Assembly: GCA_963754315.1 (NCBI GenBank)
Contig: CAVWFS010000014.1
Location: 128,001 to 192,000 of the forward strand
Reading direction: 5' to 3'
DNA: 64,000 bases
DNA from: an uncultured Candidatus Rokubacteria bacterium
Lineage (GTDB): Bacteria > Methylomirabilota > Methylomirabilia > Rokubacteriales > CSP1-6
Part shown: one piece after another, positions 39,724 through 48,101 of the stretch
Layout of the letters: each line of letters starts with the position of its first letter
Numbering within the stretch: the stretch's first letter is position 1
The notes under the pieces: generated by a model
Told to the model about the DNA's origin: nothing
The model's input: only the letters and a program-made list of their open reading frames with translations
Databases searched by the model: none
Position numbers and translations under genes: made by a program

Positions 39724-40091
39724 CACGTGGTCCTCCTCAGCGAGCCGACGGTTGCTCCCGGCTCCGCCCCCGCGGTCTGTCCGTTACGCCCCATGGCCGC
39801 CGCCTCCTGCCCGACGATGGAGCCGCTCTTGAACAGATACTCGCGGAGGACGGCGTCGAACTTCGCATCGTGACGCCGGATCCACTCCAGCACCATGGCC
39901 GCGTGCTCTTTCTCCTCGTCACGGTTGTGCTTCAAGATCTCGGCGAGTTCCGGATCGGAGGCGGCCTCCGCTCGCTGCTGGTACCAGTCGATGGCCTCGA
40001 GCTCTTCCTGAAGGCTCACCAGGGCCCGATGCAAATCGCGCGTATGGTCAGTGAGCTTGTCCTCGTGATAGCTCTGCGATGCTCCGCCCAT
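39723..40091 (-). CDS. Encapsulated ferritin-like protein (EncFtn/Flp cargo)
   Basis: YHE…HRAL.SL.EELEAIDWYQQR…HNRDEEKEHAAM.LEWIRR; C-terminal targeting peptide GATVGSLRR; overlaps the shell start codon. Confidence 0.92.
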   Translation of the reverse strand: MGGASQSYHEDKLTDHTRDLHRALVSLQEELEAIDWYQQRAEAASDPELAEILKHNRDEEKEHAAMVLEWIRRHDAKFDAVLREYLFKSGSIVGQEAAAMGRNGQTAGAEPGATVGSLRRTT

Positions 40092-40214
40092 ATCGTCCCC
40101 TCTGGGTGCGGTGTGATCGTCGATGGTGAGACCTTCCCGTAAGATATCAGACTCCGCGCGGAGCGCCGAGAGGCGGTAGTATCGAGCCCGACCGTCAACC
40201 AAGGAGACCGCTGC

Positions 40215-41666
40215 ATGAAGACGCTCATCCACAGCGGCGACATCGTCGCCCACCACGACGGCGGCCACCGCTTGCTGCGCACGGGCGCTCTGGTCTTCGA
40301 GGATGACCGCATCGCCTTCGTGGGCCGGACGTATGACGGCCCGGTCGATCGGCGCATCGATGCCACGGGGCAGCTCGTGATCCCGGGTCTCATCAACATC
40401 CACTGCCACGCCGACGTGGAGGCAGGCGGAAGGCTGGTGGCTGACACCGGACGGCGTGACTTCTTCCAGGCCGGCTTCCTCAACTACAATGCCGCCCCCG
40501 CGGGCGTGAAGAATCTGCCCGCCCGGCAGGACCCCGTCATCGGCGGTCGCTTCGCGCTGGTCGAGCTGCTACGGAACGGCTGCACGACGGTCGTGGAGAT
40601 CGGGACGGCCGCCGAGGAGCATGCCGCCATCGTGGAGGAGCTGGGGATGCGGGCGTATCTCAGCCCCGCCTACAAATCCTACGACTACCGTGTCGGCCCG
40701 CACGGCGATCTCTCGTACGAGCTGCACGAGGAGGCCGGGCTGCGTGCCCTCGAGCGCGCGCAAGACTTCATCCGCCGGCATCACGGCGCGCAGAGCGGGC
40801 GCCTGCAGGGGATGCTGTTTCCCTTCCAGGTCGAGACGTGTAGCCCCGCCCTGCTGCGAGCCACCCGGAAGGCGGCCAACGAGCTGGGGGTGGGCATCGA
40901 GATCCATGCCGGGCAGAACCTGCTCGAGTTCCACGAGATCTTGCGGCGACACTGCCAGACACCCATCGAGTACCTGGCCGACACGGGCCTGCTCGGACCC
41001 GATGCCATCGTCGGCCACTGCATCATCAACTCCGCTCACAGCCTGGCCGGGCTGCCCGGGGGACGCGACCTCGAAATTCTGGCCGCGTCGGGCGCCTCGG
41101 TAGCGCACTGTCCCTTGGTGTTCGCACGGCGCGGCAATGCGCTGGAGTCGTTCCACCGCTTTCGGGCGGCCGGCATCAACGTGGGGCTTGGCACCGACAC
41201 CTATCCCCGGGACCTCATCAGCGAGATGCGGCTGGCCGCGCTCCTGTGCAAGGTGGTCGAGCACGACTTCACGGTGGCCACCTCCGCCGAGGTTTTCTCT
41301 GCCGCCACCTTGGGCGGGGCCAAGGCTCTGCGTCGCCCCGATCTGGGACGCCTGGCCCCCGGCGCCAAGGCCGACATCGTGCTGATCGACCTGCGCAAGA
41401 TTCGCATCGGACCCTACCGCGATCCCATCAAGGCCCTCGTGCAATGCGGTACCAGCGACGATGTCAGCAAGGTCATCGTCGACGGACGAACGCTCGTGGA
41501 GGGCGGCCACGTGGTCGGGGTCGATGAAGTGCAGGTGCTGGCTGACGCCCAGCGCGAGGCCGAGCGCCTGTGGGCTGAGGTTCCCGAATGGCACTGGCAG
41601 AAGCTGACGGCCGACGAGCTGTCACCGCCCTCGTTCCCACCGCTCACCACGGACTTGCGGGGCTGA
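40215..41666 (+). CDS. Chlorohydrolase/deaminase-family amidohydrolase
   Basis: PGLINIHCH, IH, GH, HCP, LGTD and LGRLAPGAKAD motifs. Confidence 0.88.
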   Translation: MKTLIHSGDIVAHHDGGHRLLRTGALVFEDDRIAFVGRTYDGPVDRRIDATGQLVIPGLINIHCHADVEAGGRLVADTGRRDFFQAGFLNYNAAPAGVKNLPARQDPVIGGRFALVELLRNGCTTVVEIGTAAEEHAAIVEELGMRAYLSPAYKSYDYRVGPHGDLSYELHEEAGLRALERAQDFIRRHHGAQSGRLQGMLFPFQVETCSPALLRATRKAANELGVGIEIHAGQNLLEFHEILRRHCQTPIEYLADTGLLGPDAIVGHCIINSAHSLAGLPGGRDLEILAASGASVAHCPLVFARRGNALESFHRFRAAGINVGLGTDTYPRDLISEMRLAALLCKVVEHDFTVATSAEVFSAATLGGAKALRRPDLGRLAPGAKADIVLIDLRKIRIGPYRDPIKALVQCGTSDDVSKVIVDGRTLVEGGHVVGVDEVQVLADAQREAERLWAEVPEWHWQKLTADELSPPSFPPLTTDLRG

Positions 41667-41758
41667 TGACGCACGGTGATAGAATCCGTGCGACAAACAA
41701 CACCGGATAGGAGGGATACGCGAAGGCGACGAAGGGGATCGAGGAGTCGCGAAGCGCA

Positions 41759-41898
41759 AGCGCCTGATCCGCCTGCGGGCGGATGACGAGGCAGGGACCG
41801 ATCGAACAATTCGGCGGATGGTCCCTCGGCGGGCACGGCCGTGATGGGGGGAGCAAACCAGCGTGGTGACACGCTGACAAAGGCCACCCAGAGTGCCG
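41759..41898 (+). ncRNA. glmS glucosamine-6-phosphate-activated ribozyme
   Basis: AGCGCC cleavage motif; P1 ATCCGCC-TGCG-GGCGGAT; GACGAGG; ATCGAA…TCGGCGGATG core; CAAAC-CAGCGT-GGTGAC-ACGCTG-ACAAA P4.1; GGCAC/GTGCC pseudoknot; ~155 nt upstream of the glmS ATG. Confidence 0.9.
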
Positions 41899-42052
41899 GC
41901 GAGTCACTTCGGCTCGTCACCTCACTCCCTTTCCCTTGCGATGTCCGTGGCAGGTGACTGCCCACGGATGCCGTGCGCTCTCGAGCCGCAGGGCTGGCCT
42001 GACGGCAGCGCCGGACCGCGCGTACCTGGCCCCGGCCAGGAGGGATCATCAC

Positions 42053-42972
42053 ATGTGCGGGATCTTCGGCTACGCAGGGATCAGAAGGGACGCGGCAGAC
42101 ATCGTGCTCTCGGCGCTCAGGCTCCTCGAGTACCGAGGGTACGATTCGTGGGGCATCGCCGTCGTTCGCGAGGATGGGGTGGCCGTGGAGAAGCGAGTCG
42201 GGCGGTGCTGGCGCTGTCCCAGAGCGGCGAGACCATCGACGTCATCGATGCGGTTCACGCCGCGCGTCGGCGAGGGGCGCGGATCGCCGCGCTCGTCAAC
42301 GTCGCGGGCTCGACCCTCTGGCGCCTGGCCGAATGCGCGGTGCCGCTCGGGGCCGGCCCCGAGCGCTGCGTGCTGGCCACCAAGAGCTTCACGGCCAAAC
42401 TCGCGGTCATGCTCCACGCGGCCTGCGCGCTGGCCGGCGAGGCCGAGGCGGGCGAATCGTTCGTCCATGCCGCCGCCGACGAGGTCGAGCGTCTGCTTGC
42501 CGATGACCGCCGCGCTCACATTCGCCGGATCGCCGCGCGTCTTCAGCGCCACGAACATCTCTTCGTCCTCGGGCGAGGGGTGAGCTATCCGCTCGCGCTG
42601 GAGGCAGCCCTCAAGATCAAGGAGGTCAGCTATCTGCACGCCGAAGGCTTCGCGGGAGGCGAGCTCAAGCATGGGGTAATCGCGCTGATCGAACCGGGTA
42701 CGCCTTGCTTGGTGTTGGCCCCGCACGACGAGACCGAGGCGGACATGCTGTCCGGGGCGATGGAGGTGAAAGCGCGGGGGGCGATGCTCATCGGTATCTC
42801 GCCCGAGCCGCATGAGATGTTCGACGAGCACATCGCGGTCGCCGATCTCGGTCCGGGCACCGCCATCGTCAGCACTGTGCCGGCCCAGCTCCTGGCGTAC
42901 GACCTGGCCCGTCTGCGCGGCCATGATCCGGACAAGCCGCGTAACCTGGCCAAGAGCGTCACCGTGAAATAG
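42053..42972 (+). pseudogene. glmS: Glutamine--fructose-6-phosphate transaminase with large internal deletion
   Basis: MCGIFGY…LEYRGYDSWG (~50 aa) joined out of frame at ~42204 to VLALSQSGET…EAALKIKE…GELKHG…DKPRNLAKSVT. Confidence 0.85.
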
Positions 42973-43095
42973 GACCTCTGAACGATCGAGGCCCTGGCCT
43001 CGACGGTACACGGGCGTTCCACGGCCGGAGTGTGGCCTGAGCGTCTATACTGCGGGGTAGGTAGCCGGCCACAGCCGGCGCGGAGGGAACCCTAC

Positions 43096-44500
43096 ATGGC
43101 ACAGTCACTATTGGACAAGGTCTGGGAGGCGCACACGGTGCGGATTCTCCCGTCGGGACAGACCCAGCTCCTGATCGGGTTGCACCTCATCCACGAGGTG
43201 ACCACCCCCCAGGCCTTCGACATGCTGAAAGACCTGAAAGTCAAGGTGCGAATGCCGGAGCGGACGTTCGGCACCCTGGATCACATCATCCCGACCACCT
43301 CGCAGGCGCGGCCCTACGCCGACCCGATGGCCGAAGAGATGGCCGTGCACATGATCCGCAACACCCGCGACTTCGGGCTTCCGCTGTTCGACCTCGACAG
43401 CGGCCGTCAGGGGATCGTGCACGTGATCGGGCCCGAGCTGGGCCTGAGCCAGCCCGGCATGACCATCGCCTGCGGCGATAGCCACACCTCGACCCACGGC
43501 GCCATGGGCGCCATTGCCTTCGGCATCGGGACCAGCCAGGTCCGCGACGTGCTCGCCACCCAGTGTCTGGCCATGGCCAAGCCCAAGCTCCGTCAGGTGC
43601 GCGTGGAGGGCACCTTGGCGCGAGGCGTGACGGCCAAGGATGTCATCCTCGCCATCATCCGCCAGCTCGGGGTGAAGGGCGGGGTCGGCTACGCCTACGA
43701 ATACGCCGGGCCCGTCATCGAGCGGATGACCATGGAGGAGCGCCTCACGCTCTGCAACATGAGCATCGAGGGTGGCGCGCGCTTCGGCTACGTGAACCCG
43801 GATCAGACCACGTTCGACTACGTTCGGGGGCGGCCCTCACGCGCCAAGCGGAGCGGCCTTCGATCGCGCGGTGACGTGGTGGAAGAGCATCGCCACCGAG
43901 GCGGGAGCCCGCTTCGATGACGTGGCGCGCGTCGACGGCTCCGCCATCGAGCCCGTCGTGACCTGGGGCATCAACCCCGGCATGTCGGTGAGCGTGAGCG
44001 AGCGCATCCCGAACCCCGACTCGGCGCCCGAGTCCGACCGCTCGACGTATCGCGAGGCGCTCGCGTTCATGGGATTCGAGGCCGGACAGCCTATCAAGGG
44101 CACGAAGATCGACGTCGCCTTCGTCGGCTCCTGCACCAACGGTCGATTGTCCGACCTGCGCGCGGCGGCCCAGGTGGCCAAGGGTCGCAAGGTGGCCCAG
44201 GGCGTGCGTGCGCTCATCGTCCCCGGCTCCCAGCAGGTGGCCAAGGCCGCAGAGGCGGAGGGGCTTCCCGAGATTTTCAAGGAGGCTGGATTCGAGTGGC
44301 GCCACGCGGGCTGCTCGATGTGTCTTGGCATGAACGACGACAAGCTCAAGGGCCGTGAGGTGTGCGCTTCCTCCAGCAACCGTAACTTCATCGGCCGCCA
44401 GGGCAGCCCGACCGGGCGGACATTGTTGATGAGCCCGGCGATGGTGGTGGCGGCCGCCATCAGCGGCGCCGTCGCCGACGTGAGGGAGATCCTCCGATGA
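43096..44500 (+). CDS. leuC: 3-isopropylmalate dehydratase large subunit, frameshift ~43838
   Basis: [43 protein letters not shown] and SSNRNF.GRQG motifs. Confidence 0.88.
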
Positions 44501-45093
44501 GCACCGATCTGCGCCGCCAACAGGTCGTGGGGCGGGGCCTTCCCCTCCACGGCAACGACATCGACACCGACCGTGTCATCCCCGCGCGGTTCCTCAAGTC
44601 CGTCACCTTCGCTGGCCTTGGCGAGCACGCCTTCGAGGACGCCCGCAAGGTCGACCCCGAGCATCCGTTCAACCAGAAGGCCTACGAGGGTGCGTCCGTC
44701 ATGGTGGTCGGCCAGAATTTCGGCTGTGGCTCCTCGCGCGAGCACGCTCCTCAGGCCCTGCTCGACTGGGGCATCAAGGCCCTGGTGGGCGGGTCGTTCG
44801 GCGAGATCTTCTTCGGCAACTGTGTCACGAACGGCATGCCATGCCTGGTGGCCTCGCCCGCCGACATCGACTGGCTGCAGCGGGAGGTGGGCCGGCGCCC
44901 GACCGAGCCGCTGACCGTCGACGTCGAGCGTCAGGAGGTACGCTTCGGCGGCCGGACGATCAAGGCGACCATCCCCGAGGGTTCCCGGAACATTCTCGTC
45001 GACGGTTCCTGGAACACGACGGGGGTGCTCCTCGAGGCCGGGAGCGCCATCGAGGCGACCGCGCGCCGCCTGCCGTACATCAAGGGGTTCTAG
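44497..45093 (+). CDS. leuD: 3-isopropylmalate dehydratase small subunit
   Basis: [26 protein letters not shown] and SFGEIFFGN motifs. Confidence 0.9.
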   Translation: MSTDLRRQQVVGRGLPLHGNDIDTDRVIPARFLKSVTFAGLGEHAFEDARKVDPEHPFNQKAYEGASVMVVGQNFGCGSSREHAPQALLDWGIKALVGGSFGEIFFGNCVTNGMPCLVASPADIDWLQREVGRRPTEPLTVDVERQEVRFGGRTIKATIPEGSRNILVDGSWNTTGVLLEAGSAIEATARRLPYIKGF

Positions 45094-45145
45094 CGCTGAC
45101 CACGCATGAACAGCCCCAGCTAGGGGGAGTCGCGAGGAGGGTGCC

Positions 45146-46228
45146 GTGACAAGTCACACGCTGACGACGGTCGAGAAGGACTTTCACCAGCGGATGCACG
45201 CGGCCGGGCTCTACGGGCTGTGGGAACTGGCCAGCCAGATGACGGGACACCCTGAGCCGCGCGCCGTCGCGCACCTGTGGCCCGCGTCGCTCCTGGCGGC
45301 GATGGTCCGGGAGGCAGGCGAGGTCGTGCCGGTCGGCGAGGAGCGCCGGGCGCTCCAGCTCTTCAACCCCGGACTCGACGGTCGGTGGGCAACGACGAAC
45401 ACCATGATTGCCGCCGTTCAGGTTCTGCTCCCAGGCGAAGTGGCCCGCGCGCACCGTCACACGCCGACGGCTATCCGCTTCATCATGGAAGGCACCGGCG
45501 CCTACACCTCGGTCGACGGTGAACGCGTCTACATGGCCCCCGGCGATCTCATCCTGACTCCGAGTTGGGCCTGGCACGATCACGGCAACGAGACGGACAA
45601 GCCCGTGGTGTGGATGGATGGCCTCGACATTCCCCTCGTGCAAGCCCTCAATGCGATGTTCTTCGAACTCTACGAGCAGCGCCAGATGCCGCTCTGCAAG
45701 CCGAACAACGGCTCCGCGCAGCTCTACGGGCAGGCCGGCCTCAGCCCGACCTGGGTGAAGGAGCACCCGGCGGCCTCGCCCCTGTTGCTTTACGCCTGGG
45801 AGACGACGTGGCCTGCGCTGAGGGCGTTACGCGATGCCGACGGTGATCAGCACGACGGCATCGCCCTGGAGTACACGAACCCGCAGACGGGCCGCTCGAT
45901 CTTGCCCACGATGGCCTGCTGGATCCAGATGCTCCGTCCGGGGGAGCGCTTGAAGGCGCATCGCCACACGGGCAGCGCCGTCTACTACGTCGTGCAGGGA
46001 ACAGGGGAAACAATCATCGATGGCCGCCGCTTCAGGTGGGGCAAGGGCGACATCCTCACCCTGCCGTCCTGGGCGCTGCACGAGCACGCCAACCCGTCCA
46101 CCCGTGAGCCGGCCGTTCTCTTCTCGATTCAGGATCGGCCCGTCCTGGAAGCTCTCGGCCTGTACCGCGAAGAGGCTCACGCGGACAACCAGGGCCACCA
46201 GGTGGTGACCTCGGACTTCCGGTCGTAG
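45146..46228 (+). CDS. Gentisate 1,2-dioxygenase-like bicupin
   Basis: ERRAL.L.NPGL, HRHTP.AIRF, WHDH, DGLDIP, Y.NP.TG and second-cupin HRHT motifs. Confidence 0.88.
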   Translation: MTSHTLTTVEKDFHQRMHAAGLYGLWELASQMTGHPEPRAVAHLWPASLLAAMVREAGEVVPVGEERRALQLFNPGLDGRWATTNTMIAAVQVLLPGEVARAHRHTPTAIRFIMEGTGAYTSVDGERVYMAPGDLILTPSWAWHDHGNETDKPVVWMDGLDIPLVQALNAMFFELYEQRQMPLCKPNNGSAQLYGQAGLSPTWVKEHPAASPLLLYAWETTWPALRALRDADGDQHDGIALEYTNPQTGRSILPTMACWIQMLRPGERLKAHRHTGSAVYYVVQGTGETIIDGRRFRWGKGDILTLPSWALHEHANPSTREPAVLFSIQDRPVLEALGLYREEAHADNQGHQVVTSDFRS

Positions 46229-46237
46229 GGCCCTTCC

Positions 46238-46861
46238 GTGAAGGTCGATCCGGTGACGCTCGAGGGACGCTACGTACGCCTCGAGCCGCTGACGGCCGAC
46301 CACGTGCCCGCGCTGCTCCATGTCGCCACCGGACCCCGCGAGACCTTTGCCCTCACCAACGTCCCCTCCGACGAAGCCGCGATGCGCCAGTACGTGACGA
46401 CGGCCCTCGCCGAGCGGGAGGCCGGTCGAGCCTTGCCCTTCGCGACGGTGGATCGCAAGGCAAATCGGGTGGTCGGTTCGACCCGCTTCGGCAACATCGA
46501 GTTCTGGGCGTGGCCGCCGGGGAATCGCCACCAGCGCGGTGAGCACCTGCCGGATGTCGTGGAGATCGGCTGGACCTGGCTGGCCGGCTCGGCTCAGCGT
46601 AGCGGCATCAACACCGAGGCGAAGCTCCTGATGCTTGGCCACGCCTTCGAGCACTGGCGCGTGCACCGCGTGAGCCTGATGACCGACGCACGCAACAGCC
46701 GCTCGCGTGAGGCCATCCAACGTCTCGGGGCCCGTTTCGACGGTGTCCTGCGGGCGGCCAGGGTCGCCTCCGACGGCGGGATTCGCGACACGGCCGCCTA
46801 CTCCATCCTGGACAGCGAATGGCCGGCGGTGAAGACGGCGCTTCAGGCGCGCCTGCGCTGA
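46238..46861 (+). CDS. RimJ/RimL-type GNAT acetyltransferase
   Basis: L.GRYVRLEPL, EIGWTW, NTEAKLLML.HAFE and RDT..YSI…EWP motifs. Confidence 0.9.
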   Translation: MKVDPVTLEGRYVRLEPLTADHVPALLHVATGPRETFALTNVPSDEAAMRQYVTTALAEREAGRALPFATVDRKANRVVGSTRFGNIEFWAWPPGNRHQRGEHLPDVVEIGWTWLAGSAQRSGINTEAKLLMLGHAFEHWRVHRVSLMTDARNSRSREAIQRLGARFDGVLRAARVASDGGIRDTAAYSILDSEWPAVKTALQARLR

Positions 46862-48101
46862 GGCGTCCCCGTGCGGACCCATTCATCGCCGCAAGACGCG
46901 ACCACGCTCTCGCGGCCGCCGTGAGCTCAAGCGCGGATGCGCTGAACCCTCCCGCGCGGATCTCATTCACGGCGACGGGCAGCAGCGCCAGCACCCGCTC
47001 GACCTCGGCCTCGGTCGTTGGTGCTCCCAGGGTGAAGCGCAGCGCCGTGTGGGCCAGCTCGGGGCTGCGGCCAATCGCCAGCAGCACGTGTGAGGGTTCT
47101 TGCGACCCAGCATGGCAGGCCGAGCCGCTCGACGCATAGACACCTGCCCGCTCGAGCTCGAGCAACACGGTCTCGCCCTGCACATCGCCCAGGCAGACGT
47201 TCGCGTTGTTCGGCAAGCGACGGCTGCGGTCGCCGTTGAGAAGCGCACCCGGAAGCCGCGCCTGGATGCCCTCGATCAACCGATCGCGCAGCGCGGCCAG
47301 CCGGGTGCTGGTGGCGGGGCGGTGGCGCTCGACCAACTCCAGAGCAGCCCCGCAGGCGACCACGCCAGCCACGTTCTCCGTGCCCGCCCGGCGGCGTCCC
47401 TCCTGATCGCCCCCGTGGATCAAGGGCGCCACGGCGGTGTCTCGGCGCACGTAGAGCACCCCGACCCCCTTGGGAGCGTAGAACTTATGGGCGGAGAGCG
47501 AGAGCAGATCGACACCGAGCCGGTCGACGTTCAGGTCGAGGAAGCCGGCCGCCTGCACGGCGTCGGTGTGGACCAGGGCACCGCGTTCCCGCGCCAATCG
47601 CGCGATCTCGGCGATCGGCTGAATGGTCCCGATCTCGTTGTTGGCGAGCATGACGCTGACGAGAAACGTATCGGGGCGGATGGCGGCCGCCACGGCTGCC
47701 GGCTCGACGATCCCGCGGCCATCGACCGGCACATAGGTGACCTCGACTCCGAAGTGCGCACGGAGATCGCCGGCGGCGCCGAGCACGGCGCTGTGCTCGA
47801 TGGTCGTGGTGACCAGGTGCCGCTTACCCGACCGGGCCAGGGCCGCACCCTTGAGGGCCAAGTTGTCGCTCTCGGAGCCGCCGCTGGTGAACACCACCTC
47901 GTCCGTGTGGCAGCCGAGCACGCCGGCCACCTGGGCGCGGGCCCGGGCGCACGCGTCGGCGGCCCGTCGGCCGAGCGCGTAGAGGTTCGACGGATTGCCG
48001 AATTCGCCGCGCAAATAGGGTTCCATGGCCTGGAGCACCCCCGGATGCACGGGGGTCGTCGACGCGTAGTCGAGATAGATCGGGCGATCTGGTGCCGTCA
48101 T
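46608..48101 (-). CDS. Cysteine desulfurase (IscS/NifS-like); conserved part ends ~46950, true stop uncertain
   Basis: YLDYASTTP, GNPSN, FTSGGSESDN, HTDAVQ, SAHKF, GTEN and SSGSAC motifs. Confidence 0.88.
   Translation of the reverse strand: MTAPDRPIYLDYASTTPVHPGVLQAMEPYLRGEFGNPSNLYALGRRAADACARARAQVAGVLGCHTDEVVFTSGGSESDNLALKGAALARSGKRHLVTTTIEHSAVLGAAGDLRAHFGVEVTYVPVDGRGIVEPAAVAAAIRPDTFLVSVMLANNEIGTIQPIAEIARLARERGALVHTDAVQAAGFLDLNVDRLGVDLLSLSAHKFYAPKGVGVLYVRRDTAVAPLIHGGDQEGRRRAGTENVAGVVACGAALELVERHRPATSTRLAALRDRLIEGIQARLPGALLNGDRSRRLPNNANVCLGDVQGETVLLELERAGVYASSGSACHAGSQEPSHVLLAIGRSPELAHTALRFTLGAPTTEAEVERVLALLPVAVNEIRAGGFSASALELTAAARAWSRLAAMNGSARGRLSAGAPEAPSSPPAIRCPGWSRRPCRESRRRRRPWPPAGHRRNGPRDVGWPHASGCCVRRSSGSRGARASARRRGQASGASPRC

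Noticed and set aside
46608..46950. C-terminal extension of the cysteine desulfurase overlapping the GNAT gene
   Set aside because: Low-complexity antisense read-through, probably a stop lost to an indel; no evidence of a real domain.
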